From the sequence record NC_054910.1: 64,000 bases of DNA. One strand, 5' to 3'. Below, one piece after another: positions 20,875 through 33,300 of this stretch (positions within the stretch are counted from its first letter, which is position 1; each line of letters starts with the position of its first letter). This DNA is from Escherichia phage EcNP1. The translations under genes were made by a program, and so were the position numbers. A model generated the notes under the pieces. That model saw only the letters and a program-made list of their open reading frames with translations. It was not told the DNA's origin and searched no databases.

Positions 20875-23139
20875 TCATAATTTACAGGATGAACAATCTT
20901 CAGCTTTTGGAGTTTCTATTTCATAATCATCAGTACCAGAACCATCACGGGTATTATGATAATAGAAATTTTTTCCGCCAAAATACCAAAAGTACAAAAG
21001 GTCATCAATCATTACAGACATTGGAACCTTTCCTTTTGGAAAAATCTGCGGGTCATAATATGTATTCGCTGAAGCTGATTGACATACCCATTTCAGCATA
21101 ATAGCTACTTGCGTAAGATAAGGTTTATTACCTTTCTTAGCTAATTTCCATGTATAATCATAGAGGTCTATGTTATGTTCAATATTGGGCACGACTTGAT
21201 TAAAGGAACCCTCTTTTGATTCTTTAACCGAGACTGGTCCACGTGGAGGCTCGATACCGTTTGTACTGTTAGAAACTTGGGAAGATGACTCACATGGCAT
21301 AAGTGCTGATAATGTGCTATTACGGATGCCAAAGAGCTTAAGGTCTTCCCGCAGCGACGACCAGTCACAAACGTATTTTGGAGCTGCGATTTGGTCAATC
21401 TTTTTATTGTACCAGTCGATAGGTAATTCGCCTCGAGACCAACGAGTGTCTGAATAATATTCGCAAGGTCCTTTTTCTTTGGCGAGCTTAATGGATGCTT
21501 TGATGAGTCCATACTGTAATCTCTCAAATAGTTCATGTGTTAAATCGTTAGCATCTTCATAAGAAGCAAAGTTACTTGCCAGCCAAGCTGCATAGTTAGT
21601 AACACCTACACCAAGATTTCGACGCTTTTTAGCTTTTTCTGCTTCAGGAACTGGATATCCTTGGTAATCCAAAAGATTATCAAGAGCGCGAACTTGAACT
21701 TCTGCTAATTCATTAATTTTATCTTGGTCTTGCCAATCGAAGTTATCCAACACAAATGCAGATAACGTACACAATCCAATTTCAGCATCAGGGCTATTCA
21801 CATCATTTGTTGGAATAGCAATTTCACAACACAAGTTACTCTGACGAATAGGTGCCTTTTCACGAATAAATGGAGTATAGTTATTCGTATTATCAATGAA
21901 CTGCACATAAATCCTTGCTGTTCCTGAACGTTCAGTCATGAGTAATTCAAACAGTTCACGTGCTTTAATACGCTTTTTACGAATATTAGGGTCTTTTTCT
22001 GCGGCTTCATACAATTCACGGAAACGGTCTTGGTCTTTAAAATAAGAATAATAAAGTTCGCCACCCATTTCATGCGGACTGAACAAAGTAATGTAATCAT
22101 TCTTTCCGAATCGTTCCATCATTAGGTCATTCAGCTGGACGCCATAATCCATATGACGGATACGGTTTTCTTCTACACCTTTGTTATTTTTCAAAACGAG
22201 AAGATTTTCAACTTCCAAATGCCAAATAGGATAATAAGCAGTAGCAGCGCCGCCACGAATTCCACCCTGTGAACATGATTTAACAGCAGTCTGAAAATGT
22301 TTCCAAAAAGGAATAACACCAGTATGACGCACTTCACCTGTGCCAATCTTAGAACCTTCGGCACGAATCATACCAACGTTAATGCCGATTCCAGCTCGTT
22401 TGGAGATATATTCAACAATTGAAGCAGAAGCTTTGTTAATAGACTTCAGCGAATCACCTGCTTCAATAACAACGCATGAACTAAACTGTCGAGTTGGAGT
22501 ACGACATCCAGCCATAATAGGAGTTGGCAGTGAAATCTGTCGAGTAGATACTGCTTCATAAAAACGAATAACATGTTTTAATCTGTCAACAGGTTCATCT
22601 TGATGCAATGCCATTCCAATAGTCATAAATGCAAACTGCGGAGTTTCATAAATTTGACCAGTGGTTTTATCTTTAACGAGATATTTTTCTTTTAATTGCA
22701 TCGCCCCGGAATAAGTAAATTCCATATCCCGCTCGTGCTTAATTTTTGATTCTAAAAATGTAATTTCTTCTGCTGAATATTTTGACAACAGTTCAGGGTC
22801 GTATTTACCTTCATTTACACAGTAAGAAATATGGTCAATAAATGAACGCGGTTCATACTGTCCGTAAACATGCTTACGAAGAGCAAACATTAAACAGCGA
22901 GCGGCTACGTATTGATAATCAGGCTCTTCAACTGAAATAGAATTCGCAGCAGCCTTAATGACAATAGTCTGAATGTCGTCAGTTGTCATTCCATCACGGA
23001 GATATGATTTAATATTTTCATATAATTCATAAGGATCTACAGATGTTCCTTCAGCTGCCCAAGATAAAACTTTAATAATTTTTTGCGGGTAAAAGCTCTG
23101 AGAAACACCACTACTTTTGATAACATTAATTAATTGCAT
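20875..23139 (-). CDS. nrdA: ribonucleotide reductase large subunit
   Basis: 754 aa (T4 NrdA 754 aa); N-terminal ATP-cone, class I RNR active-site region CEIAIPT. Confidence 0.95.
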   Translation of the reverse strand: MQLINVIKSSGVSQSFYPQKIIKVLSWAAEGTSVDPYELYENIKSYLRDGMTTDDIQTIVIKAAANSISVEEPDYQYVAARCLMFALRKHVYGQYEPRSFIDHISYCVNEGKYDPELLSKYSAEEITFLESKIKHERDMEFTYSGAMQLKEKYLVKDKTTGQIYETPQFAFMTIGMALHQDEPVDRLKHVIRFYEAVSTRQISLPTPIMAGCRTPTRQFSSCVVIEAGDSLKSINKASASIVEYISKRAGIGINVGMIRAEGSKIGTGEVRHTGVIPFWKHFQTAVKSCSQGGIRGGAATAYYPIWHLEVENLLVLKNNKGVEENRIRHMDYGVQLNDLMMERFGKNDYITLFSPHEMGGELYYSYFKDQDRFRELYEAAEKDPNIRKKRIKARELFELLMTERSGTARIYVQFIDNTNNYTPFIREKAPIRQSNLCCEIAIPTNDVNSPDAEIGLCTLSAFVLDNFDWQDQDKINELAEVQVRALDNLLDYQGYPVPEAEKAKKRRNLGVGVTNYAAWLASNFASYEDANDLTHELFERLQYGLIKASIKLAKEKGPCEYYSDTRWSRGELPIDWYNKKIDQIAAPKYVCDWSSLREDLKLFGIRNSTLSALMPCESSSQVSNSTNGIEPPRGPVSVKESKEGSFNQVVPNIEHNIDLYDYTWKLAKKGNKPYLTQVAIMLKWVCQSASANTYYDPQIFPKGKVPMSVMIDDLLYFWYFGGKNFYYHNTRDGSGTDDYEIETPKAEDCSSCKL

Positions 23140-23456
23140 AAGTCCTCAACTTGAAAATCGTCTTTAAACAATCGGTTAACTATATGAGCTATTATATCAC
23201 CATGACACGGCTTTGGTTTACATGTGCATCCTAGCCTCATTCCACGTAAAGGCTCTAAATGTGCTTTAGTTATTTCTCCGGATTTAATTCGACGTATAAA
23301 ATCTTTTTTGAATAATTCAATGGCAGCCTCCCGGCTGCCAGCATCTTTACCGACGTAATTTCCCCAAAATGTACCACGGTGAATATTAACATCAAAGTCG
23401 GATTTATATTTATTCACTACCTGGCATAGACGGCCCGCGCGGTGATAATTCGTCAT
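23130..23456 (-). CDS. hypothetical protein (108 aa) with CxC...CH motif
   Basis: Track ORF between td and nrdA; motif [12 protein letters not shown]. Confidence 0.5.
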   Translation of the reverse strand: MTNYHRAGRLCQVVNKYKSDFDVNIHRGTFWGNYVGKDAGSREAAIELFKKDFIRRIKSGEITKAHLEPLRGMRLGCTCKPKPCHGDIIAHIVNRLFKDDFQVEDLCN

Positions 23457-23673
23457 ATTGTTTTTCCGTTAAAACAGTAATATCATAGTAACAATCTGAA
23501 GAAGTTTTAACTGTAGAAATTTTATTATCAAAATACTCACGAGTCATTTTATGAGTATAATATTTTTTGCCGTAAATGATAATAGGCTGATTTGGTCCTG
23601 GAACTTCTAACTCACTTGGATTAGGAAGTGTAAAAAGAACTACACCAGAAGTATCTTTAAATCGTAAAATCAT
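23410..23673 (-). CDS. hypothetical protein (87 aa)
   Basis: Track ORF; 3' end overlaps next ORF. Confidence 0.45.
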   Translation of the reverse strand: MILRFKDTSGVVLFTLPNPSELEVPGPNQPIIIYGKKYYTHKMTREYFDNKISTVKTSSDCYYDITVLTEKQYDELSPRGPSMPGSE

Positions 23674-23696
23674 ATATCCTCACAATTAATAATTAA

Positions 23697-24556
23697 TTAC
23701 ACCGCCATTTTTCCTTTAATAGGAGGGTGTGATTCGTAACCTTTAAGAACGAAATCTTTAGGCCTGAGTTTAAGAACATATTCCAATTGTTCTTTAGTAG
23801 AAAGATAGCGGAATTTATAAGGCAATCCGCCTATTACCAGTTCACAAAGCTCTTTAGGTTCACGACGCAAAATTTCTTTACATTGTTCTACGTGATTCAT
23901 ATAAATATGAGTATTACCGCCAGAAAATATCAAATCTCCTGGAATAAGATTACACATCTTAGCTACAATATGAACTAATGCAGCATATGATGCAATATTA
24001 AATGGAAGACCGAGGAAAACATCTACCGAACGTTGATACCACTGCAAATCCAAATAGCCATTACGCACATTAAACTGATAGAACATATGACAAGGCGGTA
24101 ATGCCATATATTTAAGTTCAGCTGGATTCCATGCAGAAACAATTTGACGCCTATCATTTGGTAGTTTTTTAATACGATCAACAACTTCTATAATTTGGTC
24201 TACACCGCCAAAATCACGCCATTGTTTTCCATAAATTGGACCAAGTTCACCACTATGATATCCTAAATCTTTTGCTTGATTTTCGTAATTTTCATCCCAG
24301 ACTGTTTTGCCTTGAATTAATGAATCATGTTGAATTAATCGCAAATCATTGACATTTATGCTTCCCGATAAAAACCAAAGGAGCTCAGCAATGCAAGCTT
24401 TCCAGGCGAGCTTCTTAGTTGTTACTGCAGGAAAACCTTTACTTAAATCCCAGCGCAATTTAGTACCAAACAAAGCAATTGTTCCTGTGCCTGTTCGGTC
24501 ATCGGTTTCGTAACCATTTTCCAGGATATCTTTAATTAAAAATTGGTATTGTTTCA

Positions 24557-24557
<1 letters not shown>
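23697..24557 (-). CDS. td: thymidylate synthase (intronless)
   Basis: 286 aa from ATG at 24557 (T4 Td 286 aa, MKQYQ...); catalytic region PPCH present; continuous reading frame. Confidence 0.95.
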
Positions 24558-25586
<1,029 letters not shown>

Positions 25587-25594
25587 ATTATCTC

Positions 25595-25930
25595 CTAATA
25601 TAAAGGATCGGGAACATATCCACTGGCTTTAATCATTTTAATTAACGTTAACATTCCTTTATTAACTGCTCGTGAGATTTCATCAAAAACTTCATCACTA
25701 AAAAGTTCTAACACGCCCTTCTGAACTTTTAATTTACAGCCAACAATTTCGTCATCGCCTATAGTAAATTCGTTTCCGCCAATTCCACCAAAAAACTTAA
25801 TTGCACCAGTCAACTGTCTTCCACGAGAATATGGGTCGTGTGATAAAGTAATATGAGTCACCCCAGGTACAGTTTTAAATTGGCAACGGATGTTTACTTG
25901 GGCAATTCCAGTTACGTGAATGTCAGACAT
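25595..25930 (-). CDS. hypothetical protein (111 aa)
   Basis: Track ORF. Confidence 0.5.
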   Translation of the reverse strand: MSDIHVTGIAQVNIRCQFKTVPGVTHITLSHDPYSRGRQLTGAIKFFGGIGGNEFTIGDDEIVGCKLKVQKGVLELFSDEVFDEISRAVNKGMLTLIKMIKASGYVPDPLY

Positions 25931-25940
25931 AATATTTTCC

Positions 25941-26183
25941 TCAAACAGACTTTTTCACAATTTTCCAATCAGCTTTAAACTGATCGACGTCAGAATGATA
26001 AATCCAGAATCCTGCGCTTTCTCCATCCTCATAAAGAGGGCATCCATCACATTCATCTTCCCATCCCATATCACGTAAAAGATGTTCAGCTTTTTCAACG
26101 AGTTCAGAATCTTTACCGATGATATTAAAATACCATTTACCTCTAACTTCTGAATCTTTGATGCTCTGGCGTTGTAATCTCAT
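25941..26183 (-). CDS. hypothetical protein (about 80 aa; track ORF extends to 26282)
   Basis: ATG at 26181-26183 follows GAGGAG RBS and lies downstream of an early promoter. Confidence 0.45.
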   Translation of the reverse strand: MRLQRQSIKDSEVRGKWYFNIIGKDSELVEKAEHLLRDMGWEDECDGCPLYEDGESAGFWIYHSDVDQFKADWKIVKKSV

Positions 26184-26212
26184 TTTTATTCTCCTCAGTA
26201 ATTGATAGGGTA

Positions 26213-26242
26213 ATAGTATCACACTACTACCCAGAAGTAAAC
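26213..26242 (-). promoter_or_regulatory. T4-type early promoter
   Basis: Minus strand GTTTAC + 18 nt + TACTAT. Confidence 0.5.
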
Positions 26243-26643
26243 TACTTTTTGAAAGTTTTTCGCAAAAGTTCAATGATTTCATCTACATTGTTTTCGTCTA
26301 CAATGCAGTGAATTTTTGTTACGCCAGAAATCTTATCTTCGACTTCATCTTCTTCAGAAGTTGGTTCTTTATACTCGCGGAAACAATAAAACTCTTCTTC
26401 ACTAAGTTCAAAATAATCATTACCCATACCATCATCATTATAGATTTCGCCATTAGCACAAATGATTTCAGTTACATAATCAAAGCCATCTAAACTTGAT
26501 ACTGATTTAACTTCAAACCAACCACCATTTTCTTGAATGATGCCGACCATATTAGCATTTGATGAACTAATATCAATGAAAGATTTAATACGATGTGGAT
26601 TTAACTCATATTTTTTGCCGATTTCCATTTTGATTTTCCTCAT
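26242..26643 (-). CDS. hypothetical acidic protein (133 aa)
   Basis: Track ORF. Confidence 0.5.
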   Translation of the reverse strand: MRKIKMEIGKKYELNPHRIKSFIDISSSNANMVGIIQENGGWFEVKSVSSLDGFDYVTEIICANGEIYNDDGMGNDYFELSEEEFYCFREYKEPTSEEDEVEDKISGVTKIHCIVDENNVDEIIELLRKTFKK

Positions 26644-26673
26644 TTTGATAGGGGCTTGACAGCCCCTTGATAA

Positions 26674-26901
26674 TTATTGTTCAATCAGTCCCATGTAAAA
26701 TTCTGCGTCTTCAGCATCCATACCATCACAATATTCATTAGCCATAAAGCGGGTGAGGTCTTCAAGAGGACCTTCAATAACAATTTGAATGCTCCAAAAC
26801 TTAGAATCTTGCACACTTGTAATACTAAGTTCAGGATAACGATTACGAATAATTTCTTCAATATACTCAAAATCAACGATGTCAATATCAACTTTAGCCA
26901 T
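26674..26901 (-). CDS. hypothetical acidic protein (75 aa)
   Basis: Track ORF just downstream of gene 32 terminator. Confidence 0.5.
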   Translation of the reverse strand: MAKVDIDIVDFEYIEEIIRNRYPELSITSVQDSKFWSIQIVIEGPLEDLTRFMANEYCDGMDAEDAEFYMGLIEQ

Positions 26902-26984
26902 ATTATTTTCCTCTTTAATCGTCAGCAGTATTGCCGATAGTTGTATAGTACCATGGAAGAACAGGGATGTAAACTGTTTTGTGA

Positions 26985-27024
26985 AAAAATTTTTGAAATA
27001 AAAAAGGGGACCTCTAGGGTCCCC
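26985..27024 (-). terminator. gene 32 intrinsic terminator
   Basis: Minus RNA GGGGACC-CUAGA-GGUCCCC followed by UUUUUAUUU. Confidence 0.7.
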
Positions 27025-27046
27025 AATTAATTAGTAATATAATCTA

Positions 27047-27955
27047 TTAAAGGTCATTCAAAAGGTCATCCAGGTCCGTGTCATCAGCACTAGATGAACT
27101 GCTAGAGCTTGAGCTCATAAAATCATCTTCAGTTTTTGTTTTGAAGTCATCAACATTGAATGCATCCAAATCATCAGCAACTTTATCAGCTTTCTTAGCA
27201 GCAGTTGCTGCGGCACCACCCATAGCAGCAGTTCCCATAACTTGACTGAACTTAGTGCTCAGTTCTTCAAACGATTTGAATTTATCTTTAGAAGTCATTT
27301 CAGAAAGGTCAACCATCTGTTCAAACAGTTCTTTCTGGAAAGATTCATCATCAATGTTTGGAATCGCAGATTGATTCAGGAATTTAGATTCGTCGTAGTT
27401 ACTAAAACCAGAAACTTGTTTAACTTTCAGTACAAAGTTAGCACCTTCCCACGGACAAGTTACATCAACTGGGGTTTCACCCATTTCAACATCAACTGCA
27501 ATCATTGCGTTGATTTTATCCCAGATTTTCTTACCGAAACGATATTTAAATACTTTACCTTCATTTTCTGGAGCAGCTGGGTCTTTTACTACAAGAATGT
27601 TAGCCCAGTAAGAAGTTTTACGTTTAACAAGACCGTACTCTTTATTGTCAGTGTTATACAAATCATTTTTACTGATGTACTGACATACTGGACAAGAATC
27701 GTAATCACCGTGGGTAGATGAACAGTTTTCAATATACCATTTACCATTTTTCTTGAAACCGTGATTTACAAGAATTGCGAATGGTGCTTGTTCATCATTT
27801 TTAGACGGAAGAAAACGAATTACTGCTTGACCGTTACCCGCATTATCGAGTTTCAGTTTCCACTCGCCTTTATCTTCAGAAGAAAAACCACCTTTATTTC
27901 CAGCCAGTTTAGCCATTTGTGCAGCGAGTTCAGCAGTAGATTTACGTTTAAACAT
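27047..27955 (-). CDS. 32: single-stranded DNA-binding protein gp32
   Basis: 302 aa (T4 gp32 301 aa); T4-like N-terminus [17 protein letters not shown], acidic Ser/Asp-rich C-terminal tail. Confidence 0.97.
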   Translation of the reverse strand: MFKRKSTAELAAQMAKLAGNKGGFSSEDKGEWKLKLDNAGNGQAVIRFLPSKNDEQAPFAILVNHGFKKNGKWYIENCSSTHGDYDSCPVCQYISKNDLYNTDNKEYGLVKRKTSYWANILVVKDPAAPENEGKVFKYRFGKKIWDKINAMIAVDVEMGETPVDVTCPWEGANFVLKVKQVSGFSNYDESKFLNQSAIPNIDDESFQKELFEQMVDLSEMTSKDKFKSFEELSTKFSQVMGTAAMGGAAATAAKKADKVADDLDAFNVDDFKTKTEDDFMSSSSSSSSSADDTDLDDLLNDL

Positions 27956-28036
27956 TTTTATTTCCTTTTTAATTTAATTAACAGTTGGTGCTATGACGAT
28001 GTATGACCTCATAGCTGGTCAGTGAGATAATTATAA
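27956..28036 (-). promoter_or_regulatory. gene 32 leader: late promoter, pseudoknot and autoregulatory operator
   Basis: Minus strand TATAAATA at ~28029-28036; pseudoknot-forming UGACCAGCUAUGAGGUCAUACAUCGUCAUAGC at ~27980-28011; AU-rich unstructured stretch up to the ATG. Confidence 0.7.
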
Positions 28037-28054
28037 TCTATTTATAATAAGCAA

Positions 28055-28708
28055 TTAATACTTGCAAGATTTCACAGTTTCAATGAAAACACTTTTGGCT
28101 TTCTGTGAATCAATATTTAAAATTTTTCTATAAGCCTTTAACTTTATAGAATAATTATTCCAGACTAAATTATCAGTCTGTTCATCATGTTTATCAATTA
28201 TATTTAAAAACGAATCAAGCAAGATAAACGTCTCAAACGAAATTATATTCGATTGAAGTAGTTTAAAAATATAACTTGATTGAACTTTTGGATTATACTC
28301 AAAGATTTCTTTAAAAGCAGAAACTTCAACTTTTTTACTAAAATAATAAATGTTGCGAATATCTTCTTCAAACTTAAATTTAATTTGCTTTAAGCGTCCA
28401 ATATATTCACGATAAAATACAAGTGCATCAGCGTCAGAGATGTCACCAATCCAAGCATCTTGGTTAGCAACAAGATTGCTTATAAAGATTAAAGCAAGTT
28501 CCTTTAATTTATATTTTTCTGATAACTTCTGGAAAAAATACTTATCCCTTCGCTTTTGATAAGCGGCATCAGACACCCGCATGCACCAATTATACTTAAT
28601 TACATCATACTTTCCATTCATATGTTGTTTTATCATTAAGTATAATTTATAAACTGATTTACCATCAATGTATCTTTCACCACCAGCAGGCATGCGGAGT
28701 TTAATCAT
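28055..28708 (-). CDS. 59: helicase loader gp59
   Basis: 217 aa (T4 gp59 217 aa); position between 33 and 32. Confidence 0.88.
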   Translation of the reverse strand: MIKLRMPAGGERYIDGKSVYKLYLMIKQHMNGKYDVIKYNWCMRVSDAAYQKRRDKYFFQKLSEKYKLKELALIFISNLVANQDAWIGDISDADALVFYREYIGRLKQIKFKFEEDIRNIYYFSKKVEVSAFKEIFEYNPKVQSSYIFKLLQSNIISFETFILLDSFLNIIDKHDEQTDNLVWNNYSIKLKAYRKILNIDSQKAKSVFIETVKSCKY

Positions 28709-29043
28709 AATAGAAAATCTAATGTATTAGTTTTTTCACAACGAACAACAGAAGGACGTAAAAGATTTTCGTCAATAGCTTCTGACTGAATTTTTTCAAT
28801 TATACCCGAAGGAATAAATTTAGCAAATTGAGTTTCAGGAATAGAATTTTCTTCCAAGAATGCTGTTGTAGCTTCAAGATAACTCATTCCAAACTCTTCT
28901 ACCATTTTTTCGATAATAAATCCATTTTCTTGGCGGTCAAGAAGCTTTGCTATTTCATCCTTTTCTTTCTTAATTGAAAGTTCTTTTTCTGAAAGACCGG
29001 TCTCATCGACCGGACGAATATCATTTAGAGAAAACTGTGTCAT
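28705..29043 (-). CDS. 33: late transcription co-activator gp33
   Basis: 112 aa from ATG at 29043 (T4 gp33 112 aa, MTQFSLNDIRPVDE...); track ORF is 3 codons longer. Confidence 0.85.
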   Translation of the reverse strand: MTQFSLNDIRPVDETGLSEKELSIKKEKDEIAKLLDRQENGFIIEKMVEEFGMSYLEATTAFLEENSIPETQFAKFIPSGIIEKIQSEAIDENLLRPSVVRCEKTNTLDFLL

Positions 29044-29290
29044 AAAGTTCAACTACCTCTTCAGTTTCAGCTTCAAACACATCACGGTTATCTTTATGAT
29101 ACAAAGCTAACAGACGATTAAACATCTTACCATCAACGCCAAGTTCATCTTTGGCGCGAATTCGAATATCTTTAATCAATTCATTATAACCAGAAATTTT
29201 CAGTTTATGATCAGATGCTTCTTTAATAAATTTAGCCAAGTCTTCGCCATGGATAGCTTCATCAAATTCAACCATTTCTTTTTTAGCCAT
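29021..29290 (-). CDS. dsbA: dsDNA-binding protein DsbA
   Basis: 89 aa (T4 DsbA 89 aa); position between rnh and 33. Confidence 0.75.
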   Translation of the reverse strand: MAKKEMVEFDEAIHGEDLAKFIKEASDHKLKISGYNELIKDIRIRAKDELGVDGKMFNRLLALYHKDNRDVFEAETEEVVELYDTVFSK

Positions 29291-29298
29291 TATTCACC

Positions 29299-30216
29299 TC
29301 AAAATTCATTAATGCTATTAGTTAATTTAGAAAGACCCGCTTTTACAAAATATGAATAAATTTTGCCACGCGGTGGTAATTTATATGAATTATAGTAATT
29401 CACAATGTTTGAAGCAATATTATCAGGAATATAATCAAAATCAATTAGAACTAAATTTTCCTTATATCGATTATATTCAGATTCAGTGAGAAGCGCCTTA
29501 GCTTGCTCACGGTCATTAGCAATAGCTTCAACAATAGAAGTTTTCATTGAAGGAGTTCGTTCACCTTCAACTCTGGTAAACCAAAAGTCAGATCGTACTT
29601 TAACTGAAGCGACGTTATCCTTTTTATCACCCTTAAGAATTTTAGTCATGCAGTCAATTTCAGCAGAACCGCTTTTAATTTTAACCCATTTCTTGTGCAT
29701 CGGTGACCATTGCTTAACATTTGGATACTTATGAAGTTGGGTAAAGTCACCATCCGATGAAATGATTAAAATCTTATGTCCTTCTAAAGAAAACTTTTTA
29801 ACAAGAACAGCAATGTGATCATCTGCTTCATACTTATCAATATCCATAACAATGTATGGCATATAAGCTTTCAATTCATCTATAACTTTATGACTGGATT
29901 CAAAATAACCTTCCCAGTCCCAAGTAGATTCTTCTCGCGCTTTTCCACGGTTTTTCTTATAGTAATAAGCGAAATCACGACGCCAGTATCCAGATTTCGC
30001 GTTATCGATACACAGTATAATTTTAGTGTATCCAAGAGTTTTTGCTTTTTTGACATTAAACTTAATTGAGTTCAATATCAAATGACGAACCATTGATAAA
30101 TTAATTTTTTCTTTATCTGGGAAGTTTACCAAAGCAGTTGAAAGCGCAATTTGACTAAAGTCAATTAAGCAAATTCCTTCTTTGTAATCTTCATCCAGCA
30201 TCATTTCTAAATCCAT
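29299..30216 (-). CDS. rnh: RNase H / 5'-3' flap exonuclease
   Basis: 305 aa from ATG at 30216 (T4 RNase H 305 aa, MDLEMMLDED...); the track start at 30231 is a TTG codon. Confidence 0.9.
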   Translation of the reverse strand: MDLEMMLDEDYKEGICLIDFSQIALSTALVNFPDKEKINLSMVRHLILNSIKFNVKKAKTLGYTKIILCIDNAKSGYWRRDFAYYYKKNRGKAREESTWDWEGYFESSHKVIDELKAYMPYIVMDIDKYEADDHIAVLVKKFSLEGHKILIISSDGDFTQLHKYPNVKQWSPMHKKWVKIKSGSAEIDCMTKILKGDKKDNVASVKVRSDFWFTRVEGERTPSMKTSIVEAIANDREQAKALLTESEYNRYKENLVLIDFDYIPDNIASNIVNYYNSYKLPPRGKIYSYFVKAGLSKLTNSINEF

Positions 30217-30278
30217 ATGAACCTCGTTCAATTAGTGAGATTTCTATTATATACCATCCGAATCTTAAAGTAAACAAG

Positions 30279-30286
30279 TATAAATA
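30279..30286 (+). promoter_or_regulatory. late promoter (TATAAATA) for tail-fibre gene 34
   Basis: Exact TATAAATA ~35 nt upstream of the gene 34 ATG. Confidence 0.7.
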
Positions 30287-30320
30287 CTTATTATTGAAAA
30301 CACAATAGGAGCCCGGGAGA

Positions 30321-33300
30321 ATGGCCGAGATTAAAAGAAAGTTCAGAGCAGAAGACGGTCTGGACGCAGGTGGCGATAAAATAATCAACGTAGCTTTAGC
30401 TGATCGTACCGTAGGAACTGACGGTGTTAACGTTGATTACTTAATTCAAGAAAACACAGTTCAACAATATGATCCAACTCGTGGATATTTAAAAGATTTT
30501 GTAATCATTTATAATAATCGTTTTTGGGCAGCAACGGATAATATTCCAAAACCTGCTGGAAGTTTTAATAGAATTCGTTGGAAAGCATTACGTACTGATG
30601 CCGTATATACAACCGTATCATCTGGACCATATCAATTAAAATCCGGAGAAGCAATTTCAGTAGATACATCAGTTGGTAATGACATTGAGTTTAATTTACC
30701 ACCTTCTCCGCTTGATGGAGAAACCGTAATAATTCAAGATATTGGTGGAAAACCTGGTATAAATCAGGTTAAAATAAATTCTTCAAATCAGAGTATTGTT
30801 AATTTTAGAGGTGAACAAGTACGTTCAGTTCTAATGACTCATCCAAAGTCACAGATGATATTCATTTTTAATAATCGTTTGTGGCAAATGTATGTTGCTG
30901 ATTATAGCAGAGAAGCTGCGATTGTTACTCCATCGACTGCATATCAAGCACAATCTAATGATTTTATCGTGCGTAGATTTACTTCCGCTGCGCCGATTAA
31001 TATTAAACTTCCGAGATTTGCTAATCATGGCGATATTATTAATTTCGTTGATTTAGATAAATTAAATCCACTTTATCATACAATTGTCACGACATATGAT
31101 GAAACAACTTCAGTACAAGAAGTTGGAACTCATTCTATTGAAGGCCGTACATCAATTGACGGTTTCTTGATGTTTGATGATAATGAAAAATTATGGAGAT
31201 TGTTTGACGGGGATAGTAAAGCACGTTTACGCATTATAACAACTAATTCTAATATTCGTCCAAATGAAGAAGTTATGGTATTTGGTGCGAATAACGGAAC
31301 AGCCCAAACAATTGAACTTCAACTTCCAACCGATATTTCCATTGGTGATACTGTTAAAATTTCCATGAATTACATGAGAAAAGGACAAACAGTTAAAATC
31401 AAAGCTGCCGGTGAAGATAAAATTGCTTCTTCAGTTCAATTGCTGCAATTCCCAAAACGTTCAGAATATCCGCCTGAAGCTGAATGGGTGACTGTCCAAG
31501 AATTAGTTTTCAATGGTGAAACTAATTATGTTCCGGTTTTACAACTTGCTTATATAGAAGATTCTGACGGAAAATACTGGGTTGTACAACAAAACGTTCC
31601 AACGGTTGAAAGAGTCGATTCTTTAAATAATTCTACTAGAGCAAGATTAGGCGTAATTGCTTTAGCTACACAAGCTCAAGCTAACGTCGATTTAGAAAAT
31701 TCTCCACAAAAAGAATTAGCAATTACACCAGAAACATTAGCTAACCGTACTGCTACAGAAACTCGTAGAGGTATCGCAAGAATAGCAACTACTGCTCAAG
31801 TGAATCAGAACACCACATTCTCTTTTGCTGATGATATTATCGTCACTCCTAAAAAGCTGAATGAAAGAACTGCTACAGAAACTCGTAGAGGTGTTGCTGA
31901 AATTGCTACACAGCAAGAAACTAATGCAGGTACTGATGATACTACAATCATCACTCCTAAAAAGCTTCAAGCTCGTCAAGGTTCTGAATCATTATCTGGT
32001 ATTGTAACCTTTGTATCTACTGCAGGAGCTACTCCAGCTTCTAGTCGTGAATTAAATGGTACAAATGTTTATAATAAAAACACTAATAATTTAGTTGTTT
32101 CGCCTAAAGCTTTGGATCAGTATAAAGCTACTCCAACGCAACAAGGTGCAGTAATTTTAGCAGTTGAAAGTGAAGTAATTGCTGGACAAAGCCAAGAAGG
32201 ATGGGCAAATGCGGTTGTAACGCCAGAAACGTTACATAAAAAGACATCAACTGATGGAAGAATTGGTTTAATCGAAATTGCTACGCAAAGTGAAGTTAAT
32301 ACAGGAACTGATTATACTCGTGCAGTCACTCCTAAAACTTTAAATGACCGTAAAGCAACTGAAAGTTTAAGTGGTATAGCTGAAATTGCTACGCAAGTTG
32401 AATTCGACGCAGGCGTCGACGATACTCGTATCTCTACACCATTAAAAATTAAAACTAGATTTGATAGTACTGATCGTACTTCTGTTGTTGCTCTATCTGG
32501 ATTAGTTGAATCAGGAACTCTCTGGGACCATTATACCCTTAATATTCTTGAAGCAAATGAGACACAACGTGGTACACTTCGTGTAGCTACACAAGTTGAA
32601 GCTGCTGCAGGAACATTGGATAATGTTCTAATAACTCCTAAAAAGCTTTTAGGTACTAAATCTACCGAATCGCAGGAAGGTGTTATTAAAGTTGCAACTC
32701 GGTCTGAAACTGTAGCTGGAACGTCAGCAAATACTGCTGTATCTCCAAAAAATTTAAAATGGATTGTGCAGAGTGAACCTACTTGGGCAGCTACTACTGC
32801 GATAAGAGGTTTTGTTAAAACCTCATCTGGTTCAATTACGTTCGTTGGTAATGATACAGCGGGTTCTACGCAGGACTTAGAACTATATGAGAAAAATAAC
32901 TATGCAGTATCACCATATGAATTAAACCGCGTATTAGCAAATTATTTGCCGTTAAAAGCAAAAGCTGTAGATAGTAATTTATTAGATGGTTTAGATTCAC
33001 TCCAGTTCATTCGTAGGGATATTGCGCAGACGGTTAATGGTTCACTAACCTTAACGCAACAAACGAATCTGAGTGCCCCTCTTGTATCATCTAGTACTGC
33101 TACGTTTGGTGGATCAGTTTCGGCAAATAGTACATTAACTATTTCTAATACTGGAACGGCAACTCGTCTGATTTTTGAGAAAGGACCTCAAACTGGGACG
33201 AACCCAGCTCAAACGATGACAGTCAGAGTGTGGGGAAATCAATTCAGCGGTGAATCGGACACAACACGTTCTACTGTATTTGAAGTTAGTGATGAAACGT

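Noticed and set aside
27242-27721. 159-aa plus-strand ORF, and other antisense ORFs such as 15830..16159, 5241..5589, 36083..36472
   Set aside because: They lie entirely inside well-supported minus- or plus-strand genes (gp32, pseT, alt, gp37) on the opposite strand, with no start signals or coding-like composition; long-frame artefacts of AT-rich sequence.
31700-32700. Tandem ~117-bp repeats
   Set aside because: They encode the six ~39-aa structural repeats of the gp34 tail-fibre shaft; not a CRISPR array or mobile element. No spacer/repeat architecture was seen anywhere in the window.
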